IMG/VR virus record: IMGVR_UViG_3300027974_001530
DNA from: a virus
Taxonomy: Duplodnaviria > Caudoviricetes
Length of the DNA: 64,000 nt
Strand: one strand, 5' to 3'
Shown: piece by piece, positions 8,379 through 16,179 of the stretch
Position numbering within the stretch: position 1 is the stretch's first letter
Layout: each line of letters opens with the position of its first letter
Made by a program: the position numbers and the translations under genes
The notes under the pieces: model-generated
What the model was told of the DNA's origin: nothing
What the model saw: only the letters and a program-made list of their open reading frames with translations
Database searches by the model: none

Positions 8379-9213
8379 CTTTTATTTGACCTAATGTTTT
8401 AAAATATTCAACTCTTGTTTTGGCAATCTCAGTATAATTTGGTGATAACTCAATACCCAACCATCTACGCCCCAATATCTCTGCTGCTACCAAACTTGTT
8501 CCTGACCCAACAAATGGGTCTAATACTACATCGTTTTTGTAGGACAATATTTTAATCGCCTTTGTTGGGATGTCCATTGAGAAGGTCGCCTTGGTGAGTG
8601 ATTTAGTATCTGCAAAGTAATTCCACTGACCAAAAACAAGTTCCATAAATTCTTTCTTATCTTGTTCTTCATATACCACTTTATTTTTTATGGTTCCATC
8701 CTCCTGAATAATTTCAGTTGGTGTTCCCTTCCACTGTGGTTCTCCTTTAACCTTTTTGATGTGTAATTTTTTATAACCCAAAATAACACATTCTTTTGGG
8801 TTATATATATAAGGACTTGACGGTGACATCCAAGATCCCCACGCAGTTGTTTTACTACGATGAGGTGATTGTTCTTCAAGGTCAACAATACCAAAGAACC
8901 CAAACCCTATCTCTTTCATTATTTGATACATCTCAGAAACAAAAAAGATTCTTCCTCCTTTCTTTTGTCTGTTAATTTCATACGGTATGTTTAACGCAAT
9001 TCTACCATCATCTTTTAACACATTATAGGCTTCAGTTAACCAATTCCTTGCAAAGACCAAGTATTCTTGAAACTCCACGTCATCATCATGAGTATCATAA
9101 GCAATACCAACACCGTATGGTGGTGAGGTAACAATTAAATCAACACAACCTTCAGGTAAGGTTTTCATCACTTCAACACAATCTCCAGTTATTATTTTTC
9201 CTGTTTCTATCAT
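8362..9213 (-). CDS. N4-cytosine/N6-adenine DNA methyltransferase (beta class)
   Basis: TSPPY catalytic motif precedes the LDPFVGSGT SAM-binding motif. Confidence 0.92.
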   Translation of the reverse strand: MIETGKIITGDCVEVMKTLPEGCVDLIVTSPPYGVGIAYDTHDDDVEFQEYLVFARNWLTEAYNVLKDDGRIALNIPYEINRQKKGGRIFFVSEMYQIMKEIGFGFFGIVDLEEQSPHRSKTTAWGSWMSPSSPYIYNPKECVILGYKKLHIKKVKGEPQWKGTPTEIIQEDGTIKNKVVYEEQDKKEFMELVFGQWNYFADTKSLTKATFSMDIPTKAIKILSYKNDVVLDPFVGSGTSLVAAEILGRRWLGIELSPNYTEIAKTRVEYFKTLGQIKEIPFS

Positions 9214-9425
9214 TTTTTTTCCAATGTTTTAATGTGATGTTGTAAATACCAAAGTGCCTTTTTAAGATCTTCAAGTTCTTTATCTTTATTTTTCTTACCT
9301 GCTCTTGAGATATATTTTACGGTGTTTCCTAAACTAAAACCCAAATCCCAAGCATCAATGACTTTGATTGCTTCGTATGGATTTTCTTCACCACCGTAAT
9401 GGTTGGGGTGATTAACTTGTTCCAT
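9210..9425 (-). CDS. DUF3310 (SaV-like) protein
   Basis: VNHPNHY...E(A)I...GNTVKYISRAGKK...DLKKALWYL. Confidence 0.88.
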   Translation of the reverse strand: MEQVNHPNHYGGEENPYEAIKVIDAWDLGFSLGNTVKYISRAGKKNKDKELEDLKKALWYLQHHIKTLEKK

Positions 9426-10196
9426 TTAAATCGTTTCTTTTTCTTTTTTAAAATTTTCTGAGATTTTTTTCTGATTAATATATGAAATCAGTTTTCTTTT
9501 AAAGATAGGTAACAATGTTTCCTGTATTGGAAAAATCCCTTTACTTGTCATTTCAAAAACCGGTAACTTATTATTTTCAGAATTCCATATTGAAAAATTA
9601 TTAATTATTTTTGTAAATGTCAAATCTTTAACGTCAGAATAAATTAAATTTACCTTTGTTTTACTTTCCATGGAACCTTTGGCCGCCGGTTTTATGTTAT
9701 ATTCCCAAACATGTATTTTATTATCTGATGTGTTGTTGAAGTAGAAGTACCCGGTGTCTGACAGGGTTTCTTTTGCTCTTCTATTTGGTTTTATGTCCAC
9801 ATTCTCATAAACTATTGTCCAAACAGATTTTGCTATGTTAAAATACTCTAACATTCTAGGGGCACTATAACTTAATATTTGTATAAATTCTTTTGATTCA
9901 TCATCATTTAGTTCAGGTATCTCTTTTAACTTTAGATCCTTAACTAATAACTCATCGTCTACTGAGTCTAATTTCTTATTTGTGTAGATAATTTTTTTAT
10001 CTTTAATAAGTGTCTGCAAATTTGCGAGATGTAATGAAAGTTCTATGAATCCAGGATAAAGTTCCATTTTATCAAGTTTATCTCCCATTTTTTGAAAGTA
10101 CGACAATAATTTATATTCTTTGTGTTCTCTGTCAATTGGTTTTTCGAACATCCAATCGGTGTCCATCAAAAATTCTATTTTCTTTTTTCTTCTCAT
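9426..10196 (-). CDS. Hypothetical protein
   Basis: 256-aa ORF with a TTTACT-17-TATTAT element upstream. Confidence 0.8.
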   Translation of the reverse strand: MRRKKKIEFLMDTDWMFEKPIDREHKEYKLLSYFQKMGDKLDKMELYPGFIELSLHLANLQTLIKDKKIIYTNKKLDSVDDELLVKDLKLKEIPELNDDESKEFIQILSYSAPRMLEYFNIAKSVWTIVYENVDIKPNRRAKETLSDTGYFYFNNTSDNKIHVWEYNIKPAAKGSMESKTKVNLIYSDVKDLTFTKIINNFSIWNSENNKLPVFEMTSKGIFPIQETLLPIFKRKLISYINQKKISENFKKEKETI

Positions 10197-10235
10197 TTGA
10201 CATAATAATAATCATAATTTGTTAATCAGTAAATA

Positions 10236-11747
10236 TTAGTCTATTCTCATTACAACATAATTAGTACCATTAATGTTAACTGTATCATAACTACCATCAT
10301 AACCATTTAAATCACCATAATCCCCATTTCTAACTAAATCATCTAATAACTCTCTTGTATCAATAAAATCGGCAATATCCCCACCCATATTATCTAACCA
10401 TCCGGCTGGATCATAACCTATCTCATTTTCTAAGTAATTATCAACCGCCTCTTCAATACTACTTTCGTCAGGATCCCCATCAGGACTTTCTTTTATATCA
10501 TCTATCTCTGAGTCTATTTCACTAATCCTATTTTCACGATCGGTTTCATGTTCTTCGGTGTCCTCATCGTCATATAATTGTCTTGGTGGAACAACTTGAC
10601 CCTCCTTATATAATATTGAATTATTTCCTTCTCTTCTATATTGTAATTCATTATCCTCAGAATCATAAAAATCAAATGTTCCATCTTTTTCTTTTGATGG
10701 GTACCTGATTGGGGCTCTTACTCCTTCATTTTCGTAAACCCATTTTTCCATTTCTAGTAACCAAATTTCTTCTTCTTGAGAATTACTTAATTCTTTTTCA
10801 ACCCCGTAACTATCAGGTTCATCTCTTATCCATTCTTCTACAGAATCCCTATAATATTCTTTTATTTTATCTTCATCAACATAACTTGATAGAGTTTCTT
10901 TAGAAAAATAATTATCAAGGTCATCAATTTGTTGTTCATAATAATCCTCCAATGAATCATCGGCTTCCCTATATTCACCAACCGCAAATCTCATTTTTGT
11001 TGACAATGACTCAAACTCGGCCAAATTATAATGGGAACCTGTCGGATATAGATCATATACATCATTTTTATCTTCAATTAATCTATCAATGTCTTCTTGT
11101 ATACTATCTATTTCTTCTTGTATCTCATCAAATTTGTCACTGTAGTCATATTCATCAGTATCTGTACTTAAATTTTCTTGCTCTTCTTCTTTATTTTTTA
11201 TTCTTATTTTAAGTTCCTTAAGTTCTATTTTTTCGTCATCATCAAGAGATTGTAAATGCCCATCATTTACCGCATATTGAAAAACCGCATTGGCTCTTGG
11301 ACTTTCGTAACCAGTATTTTCTATATCCCAATCACCATCTTCTCTTTTTTCATTTTGTTCATTATATTTGGCTTGTAGTTGTCTTCTTTCAATAACCTTT
11401 TCGTAAGGGGTTTGCCAAAAAGTTTTATGTCCCGTAACCTTAACATCATCCAATGATTTAACATTTGTGTATGAAACATTCAAACCTCCTTCAACCTCAA
11501 TGTCCCCAATTTTATAAATCTTTTGTTTACCATCAACATTACTAAGATTAAGGTCACCTTTAACAACAAGTTTTTTACCCCTAAATTTTGGTAAATAAGG
11601 TATTGCATGAGCCATAAAACCAACTTGTCTTAAATATTGCATATATTGTTCAGGTGAAATATAAACTTTTTCAATTTCATCTTCTTTAATTAATTTAAGA
11701 ATAATACTAACAAGTTTATTTTCAGTAAGTCTTATTTTCTTTTTCAT
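10236..11747 (-). CDS. Highly acidic putative head-associated protein (start revised to MKKKIRLTE)
   Basis: KIRLTENKL...LIKE leader, a short GDLNLS/GGLNVS repeat, a D/E-rich C-terminus, and TATTTAT at 11760-11754. Confidence 0.7.
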   Translation of the reverse strand: MKKKIRLTENKLVSIILKLIKEDEIEKVYISPEQYMQYLRQVGFMAHAIPYLPKFRGKKLVVKGDLNLSNVDGKQKIYKIGDIEVEGGLNVSYTNVKSLDDVKVTGHKTFWQTPYEKVIERRQLQAKYNEQNEKREDGDWDIENTGYESPRANAVFQYAVNDGHLQSLDDDEKIELKELKIRIKNKEEEQENLSTDTDEYDYSDKFDEIQEEIDSIQEDIDRLIEDKNDVYDLYPTGSHYNLAEFESLSTKMRFAVGEYREADDSLEDYYEQQIDDLDNYFSKETLSSYVDEDKIKEYYRDSVEEWIRDEPDSYGVEKELSNSQEEEIWLLEMEKWVYENEGVRAPIRYPSKEKDGTFDFYDSEDNELQYRREGNNSILYKEGQVVPPRQLYDDEDTEEHETDRENRISEIDSEIDDIKESPDGDPDESSIEEAVDNYLENEIGYDPAGWLDNMGGDIADFIDTRELLDDLVRNGDYGDLNGYDGSYDTVNINGTNYVVMRID

Positions 11748-11828
11748 ATAACAATAAATATGAAACATTTACAAATAAGACAATAGACTGATATTTATGT
11801 TTAAATAAACATTAAAAAACAATTTGTT

Positions 11829-11972
11829 ATGGGATGTGGTTGTAAAAATAAAGGAAATCAACAAGCTTCAGCTCCTCAACAGGCAGCAAGACCTCAAAAT
11901 GAACAGGTTAAAAATCAATCAGTTCAAGAGTCAGTAAAGAAGATAGTTGAAAAATATTATAATAAAAAGTAA
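11829..11972 (+). CDS. 47-aa MGCGCK microprotein (not in the ORF track)
   Basis: MGCGCKNKGNQQASAPQQAARPQNEQVKNQSVQESVKKIVEKYYNKK*, with TATTTAT at 11792-11798 and a terminator downstream. Confidence 0.8.
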   Translation: MGCGCKNKGNQQASAPQQAARPQNEQVKNQSVQESVKKIVEKYYNKK

Positions 11973-11997
11973 TTAATTTCCTTTGGCCAAAGAAATT

Positions 11998-12023
11998 AAG
12001 GTGGAGTTTTTTCCACCTTTTTT
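11998..12023 (+). terminator. Intrinsic terminator
   Basis: AAGGTGGA/TCCACCTT stem plus a T-run. Confidence 0.75.
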
Positions 12024-12035
12024 GTATTTATAATT

Positions 12036-13148
12036 ATGGACAATTCAAACTTAAAAGAACTAATTGAACTATTCAATAATGGGTATTGGGAAAAGAGCGT
12101 AAAACCATACTTTAAAAGAGTCCGTACTTTTTTAAAGTACGTTGCAGTAAAAGGTTTATCTGAAGAAATTAGTGTTGAGGTATTAGATAGTGAAGATTAT
12201 AATGAAGGTCCTGATTTTTTTGGGTTTTTAAATGAGAATGGTTATTTAAAAGGAAAAGAGTATGATGACTTTGATAATGAACTTAGAAATTACTTTTTAT
12301 CTTATTGGATTTCAGTTGCTCCAAATAACGCATTTAAATATATAACGAATAATATTATAACCGATGTAGAAATTAGAGATGATGGATTTTGGTTATATTT
12401 AAGGGATCGAGATGAATTGGCCCCTCTTTTTGATGGTAGAGGTCGTGATACGACGGCTAGAAATGTTGCCGAACATGTTTTTGGTGAAGATATGTGGGAA
12501 CCTTATTGGGACACAACATCTGACGTATATAGTGATGTAATTGAGGAACTTGATGAATCTAACTATAGACATTTAGAAAATTATATTTTAAAAATGATCG
12601 GTAATCAGGATTTGGTTGTTGACGATTATAGTTCTGATTTTTTTCATGATTTGGCAAAGTCTCAAAATAGAGGCGAGTTTTTTATGATAACCCAAAATGA
12701 TGTTAATGAGTTACTAAAGGATTCTGAGGCAATGAACGAACTTCTTGATGGTGATCTATCCGATTTAAAAAGTGAATTATATTCTATACATAATAACGCC
12801 TATAATGGTGCATATCAAGATGAATGTTACGCACTTGTTTATGGTGGTCTTGAGGAATTTTTTTCCTCTAAGATTGAGGACGTTCAGATTAAGTCAGGAG
12901 ATAAAACAAAATGGGCATCGTATATTAAGATCGGGGATTTTAAAAGGGATATTATGGAATTTATTGGCCTTGAGGGTGGTAGTGGATATAATGAATCAAA
13001 TTTAGAATACTGGGGTGGTTATGTTAGTATGTTAGGACATCTAATGGATAATGATGTATATGACGAAATTGACTTTAGAGTACCTGATTATGCAGATTGG
13101 ACCTATATTAGAAAAAATATAAACGATCTTTTTACAGACTATATATAA
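12036..13148 (+). CDS. Acidic hypothetical protein with a late-type promoter
   Basis: 370-aa ORF with TATTTAT at 12025-12031. Confidence 0.8.
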   Translation: MDNSNLKELIELFNNGYWEKSVKPYFKRVRTFLKYVAVKGLSEEISVEVLDSEDYNEGPDFFGFLNENGYLKGKEYDDFDNELRNYFLSYWISVAPNNAFKYITNNIITDVEIRDDGFWLYLRDRDELAPLFDGRGRDTTARNVAEHVFGEDMWEPYWDTTSDVYSDVIEELDESNYRHLENYILKMIGNQDLVVDDYSSDFFHDLAKSQNRGEFFMITQNDVNELLKDSEAMNELLDGDLSDLKSELYSIHNNAYNGAYQDECYALVYGGLEEFFSSKIEDVQIKSGDKTKWASYIKIGDFKRDIMEFIGLEGGSGYNESNLEYWGGYVSMLGHLMDNDVYDEIDFRVPDYADWTYIRKNINDLFTDYI

Positions 13149-13223
13149 TACGTTTTTTAAACTAAATCACTTAACTATTTATATATTAAAATAAAACTCA
13201 TATCCATTATAAAAAAATAGATT

Positions 13224-13919
13224 ATGAGATTATTAAACAAAAATTCAAAAAGATTTATAGTAAATTTATTTTCTGATTTTATTCTTTCAAAGATAGATAA
13301 AACAGAAAAAACTATAATACAAGTTTCTGACTGTAATAGCTTTATTGTTGTCGCAGGTAAAAGTACCAGTAAGGAGATACTTGATCTACAATCAATAAAA
13401 GGAGAGTTCTTTATTAAATTTAAATCTTATTTAGATGACGTTGGTATTGATCACATGAATATAATTGATATAATCACCTATGGTGCAACTTTAGAACCAT
13501 TAGAATGTGGTTGGGTGAATGTTACTAAAGATCTGTATTATAATGTTCCTGAACCTGTGACAAACATTATAACGACTTCAGAATTTCCTTACGGACATAG
13601 TTTAAGTTGTGGTAGATCTATGGTGTATTACTCTAACTACATATTCAATCATATGTATAGTTTGCTTGGTGTAAAAGATTTAAAATTTTATTTCACAACT
13701 GATGTTGACTCTGATGAAGATTTTAAAATTGAAATTTTATCTAAATCTAAAGTTAGTCCTAATGAAATTAAATCTTTGATTTTGGATGTTTTTGATTTTA
13801 ACCTAAATGAGTTCAATAATAAATTAACTAACTATAACCTTATTGAAGACATTTTATACCAAGATAACAATAAGCCATACATGGTACAGGACAGATTAGA
13901 ACATGTAGTTTTATTATAA
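13224..13919 (+). CDS. Degenerate S-adenosylmethionine synthetase (MetK)-like protein lacking catalytic motifs
   Basis: By-eye alignment to MetK N- and C-terminal domains: LFSDFILSKI~QISDAVLDAI, IVVAGKSTS~VLVGGEITT, GRSMVYYSNYI~DRSAAYAARYV, KVSPNEIKSLILDVFDF~KVPSEQLTLLVREFFDL. Confidence 0.55.
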   Translation: MRLLNKNSKRFIVNLFSDFILSKIDKTEKTIIQVSDCNSFIVVAGKSTSKEILDLQSIKGEFFIKFKSYLDDVGIDHMNIIDIITYGATLEPLECGWVNVTKDLYYNVPEPVTNIITTSEFPYGHSLSCGRSMVYYSNYIFNHMYSLLGVKDLKFYFTTDVDSDEDFKIEILSKSKVSPNEIKSLILDVFDFNLNEFNNKLTNYNLIEDILYQDNNKPYMVQDRLEHVVLL

Positions 13920-13921
13920 AG

Positions 13922-13947
13922 AAAAACCACTATTAGGTGGTTTTTTT
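13922..13947. terminator. Bidirectional intrinsic terminator between convergent genes
   Basis: AAAAACCAC/GTGGTTTTT inverted repeat. Confidence 0.75.
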
Positions 13948-14233
13948 ATTTCTTAAAAAATTCTTTTATTATTTTCACCCCATCTTCAATTTCGTCAAAA
14001 TCTCTTTCAGGAGCAAATAATTTAGTTTTTGGTCTTTTTGAGTTTGGGTTCTCTATTGTCATAAAAGATGGTACGTATTCATTCTTTGTTATTTCTGTAA
14101 AAATATCATACTCCTCTTTATAATCGTCAATATCCCTATCAAAGTATTTAATGTTTTCTTTATCCAACATATTTTTTAAGTCGTGACAATAAGAACAACT
14201 TTTCATGGTATATAGTACAACTATCTTATCCAT
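13946..14233 (-). CDS. Glutaredoxin/NrdH-like redoxin
   Basis: LYTMKSCSYC and YVPSF motifs. Confidence 0.85.
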   Translation of the reverse strand: MDKIVVLYTMKSCSYCHDLKNMLDKENIKYFDRDIDDYKEEYDIFTEITKNEYVPSFMTIENPNSKRPKTKLFAPERDFDEIEDGVKIIKEFFKK

Positions 14234-14236
14234 ATT

Positions 14237-14377
14237 TTATTTATTTAAGTAATTTATACTATCATTATAATAGTTTTTATTTTGGTTCGACCCATAAGCA
14301 TCGCAATTAGCGGATTTTGTTGTCTTACATGAAAATAAAACAAAGGTTAACAAAACTGATAAAATTATTCTATACAT
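14237..14377 (-). CDS. 46-aa small lipoprotein (not in the ORF track)
   Basis: MYRIILSVLLTFVLFS|CKTTKSANCDAYGSNQNKNYYNDSINYLNK*, with an LFSC lipobox; fills the trx-grx gap exactly. Confidence 0.8.
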   Translation of the reverse strand: MYRIILSVLLTFVLFSCKTTKSANCDAYGSNQNKNYYNDSINYLNK

Positions 14378-14378
14378 A

Positions 14379-14693
14379 TTAATTTAATAAAAGATTTTTA
14401 ACTAAACTTTTTATGTTGTTTTCGGCCATAACACCAACTCGTGTATCAACAACATTTCCCTCATTGAAAATTTTTACAGTAGGGATGCTTCTAATCCCTA
14501 GAGTTGAACTAATCTCTTTATTAAGATCCACATTCATCGTATACATTTCAACTTCTGTTTCATTTTCCGTTGATACTTTTTCAAAAACTGGTTTCATCAT
14601 CTTACATGGTCCGCACCATTCCGCCCAAAACTCAACAATAACTTTTTTACCTGAGTTTATTTTTTTTGTTAGTTCATCACCACTAATTTCCAT
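14379..14693 (-). CDS. trxA: Thioredoxin
   Basis: FWAEWCGPCK and IRSIPT motifs. Confidence 0.93.
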   Translation of the reverse strand: MEISGDELTKKINSGKKVIVEFWAEWCGPCKMMKPVFEKVSTENETEVEMYTMNVDLNKEISSTLGIRSIPTVKIFNEGNVVDTRVGVMAENNIKSLVKNLLLN

Positions 14694-15031
14694 TATTTTA
14701 ATTTTATTAAATTTTTTATGAAGAATTTTATTTCTTCTAATCTTTCAGGGTCAAAATATATCATGGTTTGATAACCAACTTCATTTGTTTCCTTTTTTGA
14801 TAAATATATGAATATGTCAGACTTATTTCTAAAAATGGTATCCGTATAAAAAAACCCATTTTCATATGTTAACATATCACAATACTCTATCTTATAATTC
14901 TTTTCAAGTAATAATTCAGGAGTTAAATTAAGAGTTCCCTGTACCCTATTTTTGGATAATAGTTTACCTTCTTTATCGTAAATTGATTTTAAGAACTCAT
15001 CTTCCTTTCCAAAATAATCTTTTTTATCCAT
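14693..15031 (-). CDS. Hypothetical protein
   Basis: 112-aa ORF translationally coupled to trx. Confidence 0.75.
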   Translation of the reverse strand: MDKKDYFGKEDEFLKSIYDKEGKLLSKNRVQGTLNLTPELLLEKNYKIEYCDMLTYENGFFYTDTIFRNKSDIFIYLSKKETNEVGYQTMIYFDPERLEEIKFFIKNLIKLK

Positions 15032-15042
15032 AATATAAGAAT

Positions 15043-15072
15043 AAAAAAAGTGGTGAAAAAGTCACCACTTCT
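15043..15072 (-). terminator. Intrinsic terminator
   Basis: AAGTGGTGA/TCACCACTT stem plus a T-run on the minus strand. Confidence 0.75.
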
Positions 15073-15075
15073 TTA

Positions 15076-15831
15076 TTAAATCATTTCTTCGGCCAATTCC
15101 CAAAGTTTTGTGTTAATTGTGTTTTGTGCGATTATGTTATCAATTTTTCGCATCTTTGCCATATTACCTCTTTGGTTTGACACTTGTACCCCACCACGGA
15201 TAAATTTCTCTTGTACGGTGTTAAAAACTCTCCAAAGGTCATCTCCTTCATCTTCTTGTCGATTAGGCGTTAGAAGACCCAAGATTTCCATATCATTTAA
15301 TGTTTTTTCAGCATTAAATCTAATTTTTGCAGATTCACGTACGAAATTTATTTTTTCATCAACCGTTAGTTCTCGAGACATCATACGACCAACAGATTGT
15401 TCAATAAATGGAAGTTTTTTAGAAAAGTTGTCTGCCAACTCTTTAACGTCGTCTAATTGAAAGTGGTTATGTCTCATTGTGAATCTCTCAGCGACTGCGG
15501 TTGGTACTGTTAATCCGTTTGAACACACAAGTCTGAATAGTCCTGCACTCAATGAAAATGCCGATGAACCGTTGTGTGAGTTTTTTACGATCGCCTCAAC
15601 CAAAGTGTCACCTACTTTTGGTAGTTCACTATTACGGAATCTGATCTCGTGTAGAGAATGTACTCCCTTCCCTGTTTGTTTTACTGATGCGATTTGCCAA
15701 CCTTCTCTATCAAAGAATTCCAAAACCTGGTCTGTTGGTACAAATGTGTACTTTTCTGTCATCTTAGGTGAGGCTGAAGTTGCAAATACTGAAGGTGCTT
15801 GTGTTTTAATAAGTTCTGGTGTGTAGATCAT
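15076..15831 (-). CDS. DUF932/DUF945 family protein (start revised to MIYTPE)
   Basis: APSVFAT..S...YTFVPT, NSHNGSS, GLFRLVCSNGL and DLWRVFNTVQEKFIRGG motifs. Confidence 0.88.
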   Translation of the reverse strand: MIYTPELIKTQAPSVFATSASPKMTEKYTFVPTDQVLEFFDREGWQIASVKQTGKGVHSLHEIRFRNSELPKVGDTLVEAIVKNSHNGSSAFSLSAGLFRLVCSNGLTVPTAVAERFTMRHNHFQLDDVKELADNFSKKLPFIEQSVGRMMSRELTVDEKINFVRESAKIRFNAEKTLNDMEILGLLTPNRQEDEGDDLWRVFNTVQEKFIRGGVQVSNQRGNMAKMRKIDNIIAQNTINTKLWELAEEMI

Positions 15832-15855
15832 GTCTTTAGATTTAAAATTATAAAA

Positions 15856-15886
15856 CAAATGTAATGGTTTATTTTAAATAAACAAA
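15856..15886 (-). promoter_or_regulatory. Bacteroidota housekeeping promoter
   Basis: TTTG (15886-15883), 19-nt spacer, TACATTTG (15863-15856). Confidence 0.75.
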
Positions 15887-15887
15887 A

Positions 15888-16178
15888 TTAATTTAAAATA
15901 ATATCACCAAATTTTGTTCTTTGTATTATCTTATCAATATAAGGTTTTTTTTCTCCCTTAATGATAGGTAATTTTAATTCCAATACCACCTCAACAATTT
16001 GTGACTTTGTTAAAATATAATCCTGACCCTTTTCAAAATTAGAAATAGCTCTTTCTTTTAATTTTACATAGAATTCATCCTTTTGTAAGTCACCTATTAA
16101 AACAAGCAAATCATTAGGATTTTTTTCAAAAAAATTAATGAGGTTACTAATATAAACCTCTATGTCTACGTTTTTCAT
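15888..16178 (-). CDS. Hypothetical protein (start revised to MKNVDI)
   Basis: ATG lies immediately after the stop codon of the LRR gene. Confidence 0.7.
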   Translation of the reverse strand: MKNVDIEVYISNLINFFEKNPNDLLVLIGDLQKDEFYVKLKERAISNFEKGQDYILTKSQIVEVVLELKLPIIKGEKKPYIDKIIQRTKFGDIILN

Positions 16179-16179
16179 T

